A stretch of 63,879 nucleotides of DNA, the filler included, from Reclinomonas americana ATCC 50394 (lineage: Eukaryota): assembly GCA_048213135.1 (NCBI GenBank). It is 5 parts of 3 records of this genome, joined end to end, with 100 filler letters (N's around TTAATTAATTAA, not from the genome) between each part and the next. Parts side by side here need not be neighbours in the genome. Positions count along the whole stretch, not along the records: positions 1 to 26,746 come from PS015063.1; 4 more parts are not named here. One strand, given 5' to 3'. Shown piece after piece: positions 14,001 through 26,846 of this stretch. The stretch's first letter is position 1. The number at the start of each line of letters is the position of its first letter. The notes under the pieces were generated by a model, which worked only from the letters and a program-made list of their open reading frames with translations, was not told where the DNA came from and made no database searches. Made by a program: the position numbers and the translations under genes.

Positions 14001-16057
14001 NNNNNNNNNNNNNNNNNNNNNNNNNNNNNNNNNNNNNNNNNNNNNNNNNNNNNNNNNNNNNNNNNNNNNNNNNNNNNNNNNNNNNNNNNNNNNNNNNNNN
14101 NNNNNNNNNNNNNNNNNNNNNNNNNNNNNNNNNNNNNNNNNNNNNNNNNNNNNNNNNNNNNNNNNNNNNNNNNNNNNNNNNNNNNNNNNNNNNNNNNNNN
14201 NNNNNNNNNNNNNNNNNNNNNNNNNNNNNNNNNNNNNNNNNNNNNNNNNNNNNNNNNNNNNNNNNNNNNNNNNNNNNNNNNNNNNNNNNNNNNNNNNNNN
14301 NNNNNNNNNNNNNNNNNNNNNNNNNNNNNNNNNNNNNNNNNNNNNNNNNNNNNNNNNNNNNNNNNNNNNNNNNNNNNNNNNNNNNNNNNNNNNNNNNNNN
14401 NNNNNNNNNNNNNNNNNNNNNNNNNNNNNNNNNNNNNNNNNNNNNNNNNNNNNNNNNNNNNNNNNNNNNNNNNNNNNNNNNNNNNNNNNNNNNNNNNNNN
14501 NNNNNNNNNNNNNNNNNNNNNNNNNNNNNNNGGTCGTACTGCAGCAGCGAAATCATCGTGGCGGCCTCCGTGTTCAGCACATCGTTCGCTCCATTGGCCG
14601 TCACCGACGGTGTGGCGAGCACACGGCGTGCGGTGGCCGCCTGCATGGCGGCCGCACGGAACACGTCAATCACTTGCTGGCCGGCCTCCGAGTACAGCGA
14701 CATTTGCTCGGCAATGTTGCGACCGACGCACGTGAGGTCCTCGCACATGCCGACCAGCGCCATGTACATGACCTCGACCTGCTGCGCCGGCGTGCGGGCC
14801 GTGCTGACCACGGTCGCCATCGGCACACCCACCACACGCAGGGCGTCGCGCACCACATCCAGCGCACTCGGCCACGCATACAGCACGTGCGGATTGGCCG
14901 CCGGTCCCAGCTCCACCGTCACATCGGCAATCGAGTGGCGCAGCGCATGCAGCGAGCCGCAAGCCACGGCAGTGAGACCGACCACTGACGCCGAACCCGG
15001 GGTCACACGCAAGCGGGCGGGGTCGTTGACGGCCAGCACCAGTGGCGTCGACTCGGCGTACGTACCCGCCGGCACCATCAGGGTGGCCAGCGGCGCCGTG
15101 CCTGCCAACTGATCGCGATCCGTGGACCAGAACAAATTAATGTGCTCGTCCTCGTCGAGAATCGTCGGCTCGCCAGGGCGCGTGTACGCCGTCAGTTGCA
15201 GGCCACCAGTCACGGCGTCCCACTTGAGCGTCGACACGGAGATCGGGCAAGAGATNNNNNNNNNNNNNNNNNNNNNNNNNNNNNNNNNNNNNNNNNNNNN
15301 NNNNNNNNNNNNNNNNNNNNNNNNNNNNNNNNNNNNNNNNNNNNNNNNNNNNNNNNNNNNNNNNNNNNNNNNNNNNNNNNNNNNNNNNNNNNNNNNNNNN
15401 NNNNNNNNNNNNNNNNNNNNNNNNNNNNNNNNNNNNNNNNNNNNNNNNNNNNNNNNNNNNNNNNNNNNNNNNNNNNNNNNNNNNNNNNNNNNNNNNNNNN
15501 NNNNNNNNNNNNNNNNNNNNNNNNNNNNNNNNNNNNNNNNNNNNNNNNNNNNNNNNNNNNNNNNNNNNNNNNNNNNNNNNNNNNNNNNNNNNNNNNNNNN
15601 NNNNNNNNNNNNNNNNNNNNNNNNNNNNNNNNNNNNNNNNNNNNNNNNNNNNNNNNNNNNNNNNNNNNNNNNNNNNNNNNNNNNNNNNNNNNNNNNNNNN
15701 NNNNNNNNNNNNNNNNNNNNNNNNNNNNNNNNNNNNNNNNNNNNNNNNNNNNNNNNNNNNNNNNNNNNNNNNNNNNNNNNNNNNNNNNNNNNNNNNNNNN
15801 NNNNNNNNNNNNNNNNNNNNNNNNNNNNNNNNNNNNNNNAGTCGGCGCCGATTCGCGAGGCCATGCTGGCGCGTGTGATGGCCGTCGGCCCGCAGGAGGT
15901 GTCGCGCCAGTGCGCCGACCCGGCCACGACGCTGGTGTTCTCCGTGTCGGACGCGGTCGGCTTGCGCTGGATGCAGGAGGCGCAGCTCGACCTGCGCGTG
16001 TCGTTTGTGTCGGCCGATCGCTTCTCCGGCACCTTTGTGGTTCGCATGGAGCGGTGA
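11030..16057 (+). CDS. Secreted protein: signal peptide, three Cys-rich EGF-like repeats, long intronless beta-rich region, C-terminal peptidase-like region
   Basis: ATG 11030 MAIRHFLVPLFVLTLFAVFA (signal-like). Exons 11030-11093, 11163-11210, 11688-11976, 12042-12277, 12344-12365, 12436-13868, then the inverted piece 15254-14532, then 15840-16057 (stop TGA). Repeats of the type CSSxxxCNxPxGxCVDGxCxCxxxLVGGxxCxC. Confidence 0.8.
11331..11660. repeat. 14-bp minisatellite (cacacccttctcc[t/c])n, intronic
   Basis: Directly visible tandem units inside intron 11211-11687. Confidence 0.95.
14532..15255 (-). CDS. Internal coding segment of the 11030-16057 gene, in inverted orientation
   Basis: Open minus-strand frame ISCPISVSTLKWD...STARTPAQQVEVMY...ISLLQYD joins in frame to 13868 (gaa a + atc, 1-nt overlap) and to 15840 (gac c + ag tcg gcg). 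Confidence 0.8.
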
Positions 16058-16344
16058 GGAAAAGGGAAAGGAGGGGGAAAGGGAGGGGGAAGGAAAGGGG
16101 GGTTGTTTATCGCACACGAATTAAATGCTTGTTAATCGCTGTTTTGATTGAGGGGAGGGTTGAGAGCACCAAGTCGAGGACAACCTGACTCTCCTTATCG
16201 GTGTTCTCTTTGGAGAGTATGGTGATCATCGAAAGTCGAGGAGTTCACCAACAAAGCAGCCACGCACAAGACAAGTTTCTGTTACCCTCAAGACTGGTGT
16301 TTGAGTTGATATATCTCGGATTCGGTTGGGCTAACAGCTGCTGG

Positions 16345-16410
16345 TTTGTTGGTAAAGGTCCTTGTCGGCAAGGGATTTGTGGACGTTTCATACTTGGAAT
16401 GCGGTGAATT
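16345..16410 (+). repeat. Short dispersed intergenic element, copy 1
   Basis: tgttggt...gtcggcaagggatttgtggacgtttcatacttggaatgcggtga closely matches the reverse complement of 30006-30080. Confidence 0.7.
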
Positions 16411-16648
16411 AAGTTTGCTCAAGATCTCAGAGCTTTGGACAAGTCGAGAATTCGAATTGCGAAGTGCATAGGAGCTGCAGCGGATGTGACGCACTTGCAC
16501 AGATGCTTCCAACAGGGATACTTACAGCTAGGTGCAAGACGAACAGGGCTGTTGGAGTCTCTTCGCAGCACAACTTCGCACAGGAACAATTCTCGACGTT
16601 CCTCGGAGGTAATCACTTGTCCTCGCTGCGGTGCGTCGTGTGCGAGAA

Positions 16649-17236
16649 ATGATCAACGAGGAAGATGACGCTCGCCGCTCTCTTCTCGCACACGCCACCT
16701 CCACAGTGTCCACACCCACACACCTTCAGGCACCAGCATCGCCTTCTTCCAACCACTATGGATCCATGACATTCTCTGCTCCTCGACAACAACAGCAAGC
16801 AGCAGCTGGTCCTGTTGATCAGAGCGCGCCTGAGAATGTGTGCTTGGTGCGGAATCCGTTGCATCGAATGTTGATGATTGTGGCGAGGCGAGTGGAGGCA
16901 GATGATGTTGCAGAGGATGATGACGATGAGGAGGAGGAGGAGGGCATTGTGAGAGGGCAGGCTTTGTCGGGATTGATTCTCGAGGGCGAGCTCCCGGTGC
17001 AGTCGGTGCCGCAGTGGACAGTTGAGTGGGGGACAGGGAGGGGAGGGGGCGCAGGGAAANNNNNNNNNNNNNNNNNNNNNNNNNNNNNNNNNNNNNNNNN
17101 NNNNNNNNNNNNNNNNNNNNNNNNNNNNNNNNNNNNNNNNNNNNNNNNNNNNNNNNNNNNNNNNGGGGGGACGAGGAGAAAGTTGTCTTTCTTGTCTTTC
17201 ATGGAGGTATTTGTGAGCAGCAGGCAGCAGCGTGTG

Positions 17237-17276
<40 letters not shown>

Positions 17277-20200
17277 ACAGAGAGAGCGAGTCAAAGCTCT
17301 CCAATACTGCTCAAGATTGGCATCGTTGAAGAGAAGGCAGAGAAATGCAATGAGTATGTTGTCTTCAGAGTCTGTGACAGCGGGAAGCTGTCCAAGTTCT
17401 GTGAACGATTGCCAGCGGCAAGCGATGACAAGAGAGCACAGGGAGAGGCATGAACCGAGAAGGGAGACAGAGACGCAGTAAGTGCGAGTTGTCTTCANNN
17501 NNNNNNNNNNNNNNNNNNNNNNNNNNNNNNNNNNNNNNNNNNNNNNNNNNNNNNNNNNNNNNNNNNNNNNNNNNNNNNNNNNNNNNNNNNNNNNNNNNNN
17601 NNNNNNNNNNNNNNNNNNNNNNNNNNNNNNNNNNNNNNNNNNNNNNNNNNNNNNNNNNNNNNNNNNNNNNNNNNNNNNNNNNNNNNNNNNNNNNNNNNNN
17701 NNNNNNNNNNNNNNNNNNNNNNNNNNNNNNNNNNNNNNNNNNNNNNNNNNNNNNNNNNNNNNNNNNNNNNNNNNNNNNNNNNNNNNNNNNNNNNNNNNNN
17801 NNNNNNNNNNNNNNNNNNNNNNNNNNNNNNNNNNNNNNNNNNNNNNNNNNNNNNNNNNNNNNNNNNNNNNNNNNNNNNNNNNNNNNNNNNNNNNNNNNNN
17901 NNNNNNNNNNNNNNNNNNNNNNNNNNNNNNNNNNNNNNNNNNNNNNNNNNNNNNNNNNNNNNNNNNNNNNNNNNNNNNNNNNNNNNNNNNNNNNNNNNNN
18001 NNNNNNNNNNNNNNNNNNNNNNNNNNNNNNNNNNNNNNNNNNNNNNNNNNNNNNNNNNNNNNNNNNNNNNNNNNNNNNNNNNNNNNNNNNNNNNNNNNNN
18101 NNNNNNNNNNNNNNNNNNNNNNNNNNNNNNNNNNNNNNNNNNNNNNNNNNNNNNNNNNNNNNNNNNNNNNNNNNNNNNNNNNNNNNNNNNNNNNNNNNNN
18201 NNNNNNNNNNNNNNNNNNGAGTGTGAGACAGCCAAGTGCTGTGTTTGTCGTCCCTCCTCCGAGTTCCGAGATTGCAAGTGTTGAGAAGAGAGCACAGAGA
18301 GATTTTCTTCACGACATGTTGATTCCAATGCAATGCGGTGGAGCGAAGGCTACGTGTGCTTCGCCGCGCGTGGGCCGAATAAGCGTCTTTCGTGTCACCA
18401 TGACTTTCCGCGTCAACTCTGCATGAGCAGCTGTCCTTCCGCTGTCTCCCTTCTCATTCCGTCTGCCCTTCTCTTTCTTCTTCGTCTCCAGGAGAGATCC
18501 GCTGCTGTCGGCACCATGCTTTGCGATGAGGAGCCGTCTGCGGAGACTGCCACCGCCGATGAAGGATATCCGCTCGAGTTGCGTCTCGCCGGACTTGTGT
18601 GCCCTTTGTCATGACTGGGACTCACTTCATCGCACAGAACGGTGCAACATCCTGGCTTTCCGTTCGGGTGGGATCTGGAGGTGGAAGAAGGAAGGCGGAG
18701 ACCGCGGCCGCCTCACTTGCGATTCACAGCGACCAATGTCACGCGGATCGTGTACGCGTACGTGGTGATTGGCCTGGTGACGGCGCAGTTTGTGTTTGGC
18801 GTGTGGTCCATTGTGGTGTTGTGGGACTATTCGCGTGCATGGGCCGGTTCGGTGCGTAGCGTGAAGTGCCATCTGTTCGTCATCCTATCGTGAACATTGA
18901 TCCTGGTGGCAGACGCTGGCGCTCTTGCTTTTGTCGCTGCTCTGGGTCTCCACCTTCAACACCATTGTCGTGTCGATGGAGGAGCATAGGAATCGGTGAG
19001 GGCATTGCTGCATTTCTCTCCGTCATCTTCGCTGCTCATCGCCTAGAGGGCAGACCTCCACCGTCGGGTTGCCGACAATGCTGTTCGCGTTTTATCTTGT
19101 ACCTTTGTAGCTGCTGCGGTGCGTTTGTTGTTCACACGCCCGTGTGGTGTATGCTACTACTTATACATTTGCGCTGCAGTGGTGCCTGGAATCATCTATT
19201 CTGTGCTTCGCTTGGATGTGTTTCGCCCGAATCGGCACTTGGATCCGGTGAGGCAACCCGCAGTCGGTCATTCTCGTCTCTCGCTTGAGGCTGACTGCTG
19301 TGCACAGGTCAATCCCGACCGCATCGAAACTCCACTCCTGCTTCCACTGGTGGTGTTGTATTTTGCTTTTCCTTGCGCCATTATGTTGCGTCTGTGAGCC
19401 TCTTCTTCTTCTTCTCATGCATACAGTCTCCCACGTCGCGCCTCTGCAGTTACATGCACGCCGTGATTGTCAGCCAGTACGACGAGCACTGGGTGCCAAG
19501 TGCGTTGCTCATCTGCTCCGTGGTGTTGACTCACTTTGGCTCCATGTCCTGGCAACGCAACATTTATGGAGCGGACTGTTGCGTCCTCACCGTCCCTGTT
19601 TCGTTTTACGCACTTGCGTCTCACCTGATGGGTGCAGTGGGCAAGGAATTGCGCCCGCTTCCGGCCGCCAAGTTTGCCGCAGTTTTCGTTCTGACGTTGT
19701 GCGTTACGTGCTCATGTGTGTACGACAAAGTCGTCAGCTTTCTTCGTCTCACTCTGTGAGTTGCGGAAGGCCGTTGACTGTCTTTGGATTCTTCCATTAC
19801 GGAATCTTCGCCGCTGTGTTTGGCCAGAAGCTGCTATGGGTGCTCATCGGTCTCGAGGTGACTTCGCTTGCTTCTGTTTCCCCGTCCGACTGCCTCCTAC
19901 TGCCGCTCATGATCGAGGGCGCCAACAGGCAGCCACCATCACCATGAGCTACCTTGTTGCAGCGGGCTATGACCGCGGTGCTGCATTCGTCTGTGCAATC
20001 ATCGCAGGCGCACTGCCGACCATGTACCTGATGCTGACCGGTCAAGTGTACCACGGCTACCGCCTGGTTACGGTCAGTGTCCTTGTGGCCTCCCCCCCGG
20101 TCCCATTTCCTTCATCGTTTCGCGACTCATGATACGTGCTATGGCTGCTCAGCAAGAATACTGGAGGACCAGAAAGGGTAGCTTAATTGGATGCACGTTC

Positions 20201-20392
20201 ATCGCAATGTTGGTGTACACTTCGTGGTCCGTGTCGTCGTGGCTGTCGCTCCATCTGTGGAGCTCCTCCGATCGCCACTTGCAATACTATGAGTGGTATC
20301 AGTACGGATGGATCGTGCTGATGGCGCTCGCACCTGTGAGCTTCGTTGTGCAGGCGTTTGGTATCCCTCGAGATGGATACGAAGATGCCTGA
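16649..20392 (+). CDS. Multipass membrane protein of unrecognised family, paralogue A
   Basis: Acidic N-terminus then many hydrophobic segments; motifs WSIVVLWDYSRAWAGS, YMHAVIVSQYDEHW and FGFFHYGIFAAVFGQKL shared with paralogues B and C; stop TGA 20390-20392; internal gaps. Confidence 0.75.
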
Positions 20393-20450
20393 GGAGATTC
20401 ATTCATAAACACCGTAACTGATTTTACATTTCATTAGCTTCCGAGTCACT

Positions 20451-23400
20451 CTAGTATTCATCCATTGTCGTCAGCAGCGGGTACAGCGCCTGCACGCACA
20501 GCGACAGTGGTGCGGCGGCAGTGAGCACAATAGTAATCATGCGGTACAGTTCAAAGTACGGCAGCGAGTCCGGCCATCGTGCAAGGGCGAACCACGAGGC
20601 CCCTAAGAGGAAACCGCAGAGCACGAAGGACAGCACGATGCAAAAGCCGTGCAACAGGCGTTGCGAAGAGCCAAAGTCGCGCTGTATGAACGCGCTCTCA
20701 GATGAAAGAGAAGGATGGAGGAGGAGGAGGAGGAGGATTATGACGCACCAGCAGTCGGCGGAAACCAAACCACAACTGACCGGTGAGAATTGTCGCAAAA
20801 CTCAACACCATACCCACACCAAAGATCGTCAGGCCCTCCCTGCGAGTGAGTCCGGTGTTGCAGAGGCATCCCATCACAAAGAGGGCTATGCAGAACACAG
20901 ATGTCTGTGAACGATGAGCAAGTGAGGGAGGATAGCCAGGGCGGAGGAGCGAATTCGTATCACGACAGCAACCGACCTCAGTGAAAACCAGACCCCACAG
21001 TTTCTGGCCGAACACGGCAGCAAAGATGCCAATGTGGAAGAAGCCGAAGACGGGGAGGGGTCTGTCGGCGGGTGGTGTCAAGGAAAGGGAAGGGAGAGAG
21101 AAGGACGAGGGAGAAGGAGTGAGAAAGGGGCAGGAGGAGAAGAGATGATTGTTGTGTACAACGAAGAAAAAAGCGCAAAAAGGGGACAGGAAACCAAAGG
21201 GCAAGAGACACGGAAGGTGGAACACTGCCGCAGAACAGACCAGGGTGGAGTTGAGGGCAAAGAGACCGAGAGCGAGAATGAGGAAAGGACATGGAACGTG
21301 GACCGTTGAAGAAGCAGAGTTTGCCATGGAGAGAGAGAGAGAGAGAAACGNNNNNNNNNNNNNNNNNNNNAAGGACAAGGTGGAGTAGAGTGCAATGCGA
21401 AGTTGCCGACATGGAAAGGAGAACATCCACGAGTGCATCATGCTGTATAACGCAACAATGTGACGATGAATAATATGGCCCACTTGATGAGTCGTTTGGG
21501 AGTAGCCTCGTTGAACACTGCACGGAAACAGTGAGGCAATGCACAGGGCACTAAGCTATATCGTGCCTTCGAAATGCACGCAACCGCCGCTGGGTGTAAA
21601 GGCAATGGTTGTCGTGGCCATAGAGAAAAACTGAACAAATATGATGCAGACGCAGAACATGGCAAATGGCGCCCAGTGCTCCTGATATTGACTGACAATG
21701 ACCACGTGCATGTACCTGGTGGGTGGAGGAAAGGAGAGGGTAAGAGAGCTGTAATAGAGAGAAAGAGGAGAGCACGTAGGATCGATGAAAATCAAGCAGC
21801 CATGAGTGTGGGGACAGAGAGGAGAGAGGCAAATGTCAAACACAAGGGAGAGAGTGGAAAGGGATAAGATAAGAAATGAGGACAGAAGGAGCGCGAAGCA
21901 AGATGAACGTTACCAGCAACGAATAAAGGGACAGCGGTCAGCAAGAGTGATTGTTGTGTGCGTGTGTGAAGCAGAGATGAAATGAAGCAGGAGCGAGGAA
22001 GTAGAGGAGAAGAAGGAAGAGTGGAACAATAGTCAGCAAGAGGACACTTGACTGTGTGCATTAAACCAAGGTGAACTGAAGCAGAAACGATGAAGTAGAG
22101 GAGACGAAAGACGAGAAAACAGCTAACAGCAAGAGCACATGGGAGCACGTGCGCGCATGCAACAAAGATAATCTGAAGCAGAAACGAGGAAGTAGTGGAG
22201 AAGAAGGAAGCAAAGGACAGCCAACAGCAAGAGCAAAGTGAGCGTGTGCGAACCAAGATGCACGGAGCCAGTAAAGAGGAAGTAGTGGAGAATAGGGACG
22301 AGAGGGACAGCGGTCAGCAAGAGTAGACGTGATAGTGTGTAACCAAGATGAACTGAAGCAGGGACGAAAGACGAGAAAGACAGCTGTCCAGGAGCACATG
22401 CATGCGTGTGTAAATCGAGGAGACAGCCGTTGCAAGAACATAGCGACTATGTTGTGCGCGCGAATGTGTGTGCGCGTGTGTGGGCCACTTACAAGAACGC
22501 TTGCGGGGCAATCAGCATGGTGCCAACCCACATCAGCAACTTGAACGTCACTATTCGTACAGATTGTTCTGTAGTCTGTGCGGACGCATCAACAATTAGT
22601 TGTTAGGCACACTCACCAACGCAGCTCAGCAGTAAGCAGACATACTTTTGCCACCACGATTTGCTTGCTGAAGACCTCAGAGTACAGCAGAGAATAAATG
22701 ATACCGGGAGCGCCTGCAGTAGGCGTCAATAAAAAAAAACTGACCGGAGAACAGCAATGAAACATGCTCACCTGATATAAAACACACAAACATGGCAGGC
22801 TTGCTCATTGGCTTCATCAGCTTGCTGCTCACAGCGATCAGAAACGCGTGGGGCGTGAATTGAGTCGCGACACACGAGTGCGTACCTCGAGCGATCGCCA
22901 ACCGCATAGTTGGACACGGTGACAGTTTCGGAGAGCGGACCCAGGCAAAGGAGTGTGGAGACCAGCAGCAGGGCCAAACTTGAACCCGCCCAAGCCCGAT
23001 TAAAGTTCCACAGCACCACGATGCTCCAGATGCAGAAGATATACAGCGCCAGCATCACATACGACGAGCAGATCGCCATCCAGTACCGCGTGCACCAGTT
23101 TTGCGGGCGGAAAGTCGTAGATTGGGTGGCAGTGGAGCTTGCATCTCGGGTTTCACTCCCGAAAGGCACCGACGAAATGTGGGGGTTGCTGTGCGCAGGA
23201 GAGGAGGGAAAGGATAGGAAAGGGAAGGGGAAGAGAAGGGGAAGGGGAAGGGGAAGGGCCAGGAGAAGAGAGGGAGAGGGGAGGGAAGGAGGAGAAAAAA
23301 GAGAGAGGAGAGAGAAAAATGGGGAGGGAGGGAGAGAGGGAGGGTGATGGAGAGAAGAGTAGACAGGAAGAGGAGAGAAAGAGAAGAAGCAGGAAAGAGG

Positions 23401-24131
23401 GAGAGAGGGGAACAACGGAAAAGTGAGCGGCGCATGACAGTATACGGCAAGCGGAGCAGAGCAACGACGCACTGGAGAGAGTAGTTGCTCATGCGCAATC
23501 GCGATGGCTCGTCGGCATGAGTCATGCGGCCAAGCGCCACATCGCAAGCGACACCCGTCTGTGAGAACGGCAAGGTAAGAGAGAGGGAGAGAGAGAACGA
23601 TAAGGAAGAGAAGCGAGGAGAAAGAGATCACGCGAATGGAGCAAGGACACGACGACCATTCCAATATCAAACGAGGAATGAAACGTGAGAAGACAGCCAA
23701 GAAGACACACAGCAGACGTGGAATGACAGCAAAGAAGCACAGGGAGACAGATGACGAGATTTCAAACGAGGGCATGAAATCACAATCGTTGTGAGAAAGC
23801 ACGCAACAGACGCGGAATGAAGCATAGAAACAGAATACGGAGACAGATTCAAACGAGGGCAATGAAACGTGCACAATACAGAAACAGAGAAACACACGAA
23901 GACAGATGTCGGGATTTCGAACGAGGTCAATGGATCATGAGAAGACTACCTCGAAGACAAGCACCAGACGCGAAATGACAGCACAGAAGTATAGAATCGC
24001 ACAAAGTGAGACCGATGACACATGGAACGAAACTGCATGACAAATGCAAAAATAGCGACAGCGAGGTAAAATAAGCACAAGGCCCTCTCCATCGTCTCTC
24101 TCTCTTTCTCTCTCTCTCACAAGACACACAG

Positions 24132-24164
<33 letters not shown>

Positions 24165-24766
24165 CTTCTCTCTCTCCCGCTCTCTCTCTCTCCCCTCCCC
24201 ACCCCACTCTCTCTCTCCGAAGACGCAACTTCCGCCACCTGCGCAGGCGACGGCAACTCGCCCTGCACGAGCACCACAGGCTGCGCCACCGGCACACTCG
24301 CCCACACTGGTCGCAAACTCACCTCTCCCCCACCCATCGCCTCCTCATGCTCCACGCCCATCAAATGCCAATGCCACCACACAGCGTGCGGCAATAGCGA
24401 CCAGGCGAACTGACGCAGCATGATATCCTCGTCGTTATCCAACATTATCTGTCGCATCGCAGGCGTATCGCGGAACGGATTCGTCGCCAGTGGAATGTAC
24501 TCGTCGCCGCTCGATATGTGCACGATATCTCCCATTTGCACGTGGATATCATCGACTTCTTGTGTCTCCTCCTCCTCCTCCTCCTCCTGCTTGGCATTGG
24601 CGTTTCCATTGTTGCTGCTGTCGCTGGTGGAGGTGTCGTCGGTGTTGATTGAGGGTGAGAGGGTGAGAGTGGCAGTTGCGCGTGCAGGCATCTCGACCAA
24701 GGCGAGTGCGGGTGGTGGTGTCGCAGCGCGAGGGACCATGGTGATGGTGCGCGATCGTCGCGTCAT
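20451..24766 (-). CDS. Multipass membrane protein of unrecognised family, paralogue B
   Basis: Motifs WSIVVLWNFNRAWAGS, YMHVVIVSQYQEHW and FGFFHIGIFAAVFGQKLW; N-terminal GELP motif as in A; convergent with A. Start codon uncertain. Confidence 0.75.
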
Positions 24767-24874
24767 GTGGCGATCGCGCACAGAGGGGGGAAGAGAGACG
24801 AGGCTGGCGACGGGACATCGTGATTGGGACACAATCAATGCGACGTTGTCGTTCTACGCCCATTGGCATCGACA

Positions 24875-26570
24875 TCACCAACCCAGAAACTGAGACATCA
24901 CAGACTTTGCGCAAGAGAAAGTCGACACGGCGATTCTGCAAGAGGAACCACGTCTGGTGACAAGCATGGATCCGGTTTGGTCATCGACGTCGACGCCGAC
25001 TTCCAAACAGCTGCGCAGCTGCATGATGCCAGAGAGAGCTCCAGGAACTGAGATCGCCAAGAAACCGTATGAGGGAAAGTCGAAATACCTCACGCTGGCG
25101 AGCGAAACGACGAGACAGCCCCGAGCGCAGAGAACAGTTGCTCCTCTTCAGAGTTATTACATGTTAGTACCCATTTACAAGCCCGCTGCCGCCTCTACCT
25201 TTGCTTGCCTCTCATACATCAGATACTGATAAAACATAGCGAGCGGTGCCAGCACCGACAGCGTGACGCACAGCACCCAGTACGTGTCATAGTAGTGCAG
25301 TTCTGCTCTCCACCGACTGAGCGCCAGCCAACACGAGCCAATCGTGAAGCCGCAGACGGTCAGTGCCAGGGCGTGCATGCAAGCACGGAGGCGTGTTGCT
25401 TTTACATGCAACTCTTGCTGCGTGATGGAAACATTGGTGAGGACAGCCAGCACAGCGTACACGCGACAAGAGGACTTTGACTCACCACAAAGACACGAGC
25501 ACCAAACCACACTTGCCCGGAAATCATCAACATGCACGCGTAGATGACGCCCCATGGAATCCACCACGTCAAGTCACAACAGCACTTGCAGGGTTCCGCA
25601 CAGCACCACACATACACGCCGAGAAGGAAGGTGAGGGCGCCGAACTGTGTGGGTGGGAGAAGGGTAAGAGCAGTGAAAATAGACGGGGTGGAATGCATTG
25701 GCAACTCACCTCTACGGCTATCAACACCCAGATCATCTTCTGGCCAAACACCAATGCGAAGAGGCCGTAGTGCAAGATGCCAATGACGGGCAGTGGTCTG
25801 CGAAGGAGTCAACGTCGTGCGCACGGATGACAAGGGAGAGAAAGCGAAGGAGGACTACTCAGAAGGCGGCAACAACCAACAAGCAACCATCGACCGATGG
25901 GGCATCAACGAAGTTGACAGGCAACTTTCGAAAGCACTTGATCATAAACACACAGGCGGTCTCTCCTTTCCACGCAACAGCGTTATAAAGTATGAGCTGA
26001 ACCACCAGAAGAAGCCTCGATTCGTGACATCGTTAAACACTGCGTCGTCGGAGCGTGTGAGAATCAGAGCACAACGCGCTTCCGCCCACAACACTTACAA
26101 CTGGTGAGGCGTGATGCGGCCGCGTGCATGCAAACGGACAAGTAATGCGCAGCGAGGATCGACACAATCAGGAGGGCCAGAGGTGCCCAGTGCCTGTCGT
26201 ACTGACTGACGATCACGACGTGCATGTATCTGCGACAGGGCGGCGTAAGTCACCACTACATCACACTCGGGGTGACAACGACACCGACGCAACAATATTA
26301 GGGAGACGCAAGCCGAGATTAGCATAACAAAGGCGACAAACGACGGAGATCGCATTGATTCTAGTCGCTGCTGAGGAGGTGGATGCTGCGGCGATGGCGG
26401 CGATCAGCAAGCTATCGCACCGGCCAACATCAAGCATCCATCACACGCAACTTCCAAGTCATCCCCGCCGCCTGGTTGAATGATATTGTCTTGGGGGCGA
26501 TTAAACAAGTCCGACCGGAGAATGCCATAGATCTGGCCCGGGAGTCCTGCCGCATGCAGATAAGCGTCAG
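24875..26570 (-). CDS. Multipass membrane protein of unrecognised family, paralogue C (5' part cut by scaffold end)
   Basis: Motifs PGQIYGILRSDLF, YMHVVIVSQYDRHW, GILHYGLFALVFGQKMIW and WLALSRW...YYDTY. Last exon uncertain. Confidence 0.7.
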
Positions 26571-26671
26571 AGAGGGATAGAAGAGAAGGAGGACGAAGAA
26601 GAATAAGAAAGAGGGAAGCTTCTCGCAAAGAAGAACGCACACGGCAAGAGGAACTGAGTTGGATGAGGACC

Positions 26672-26734
<63 letters not shown>

Positions 26735-26746
26735 GGTCCTACACAC

Positions 26747-26846
26747 NNNNNNNNNNNNNNNNNNNNNNNNNNNNNNNNNNNNNNNNNNNNTTAATTAATT
26801 AANNNNNNNNNNNNNNNNNNNNNNNNNNNNNNNNNNNNNNNNNNNN
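26747..26846. other. Artificial scaffold linker N44-TTAATTAATTAA-N44
   Basis: All-frame-stop 12-mer at 26791-26802 inside N runs; the same construct occurs four times. Confidence 0.97.

Noticed and set aside
26791-26802. TTAATTAATTAA as a piggyBac target or biological motif (also 48987, 57747, 61689)
   Set aside because: Always centred in 44+44 N; an all-frame-stop concatenation spacer.
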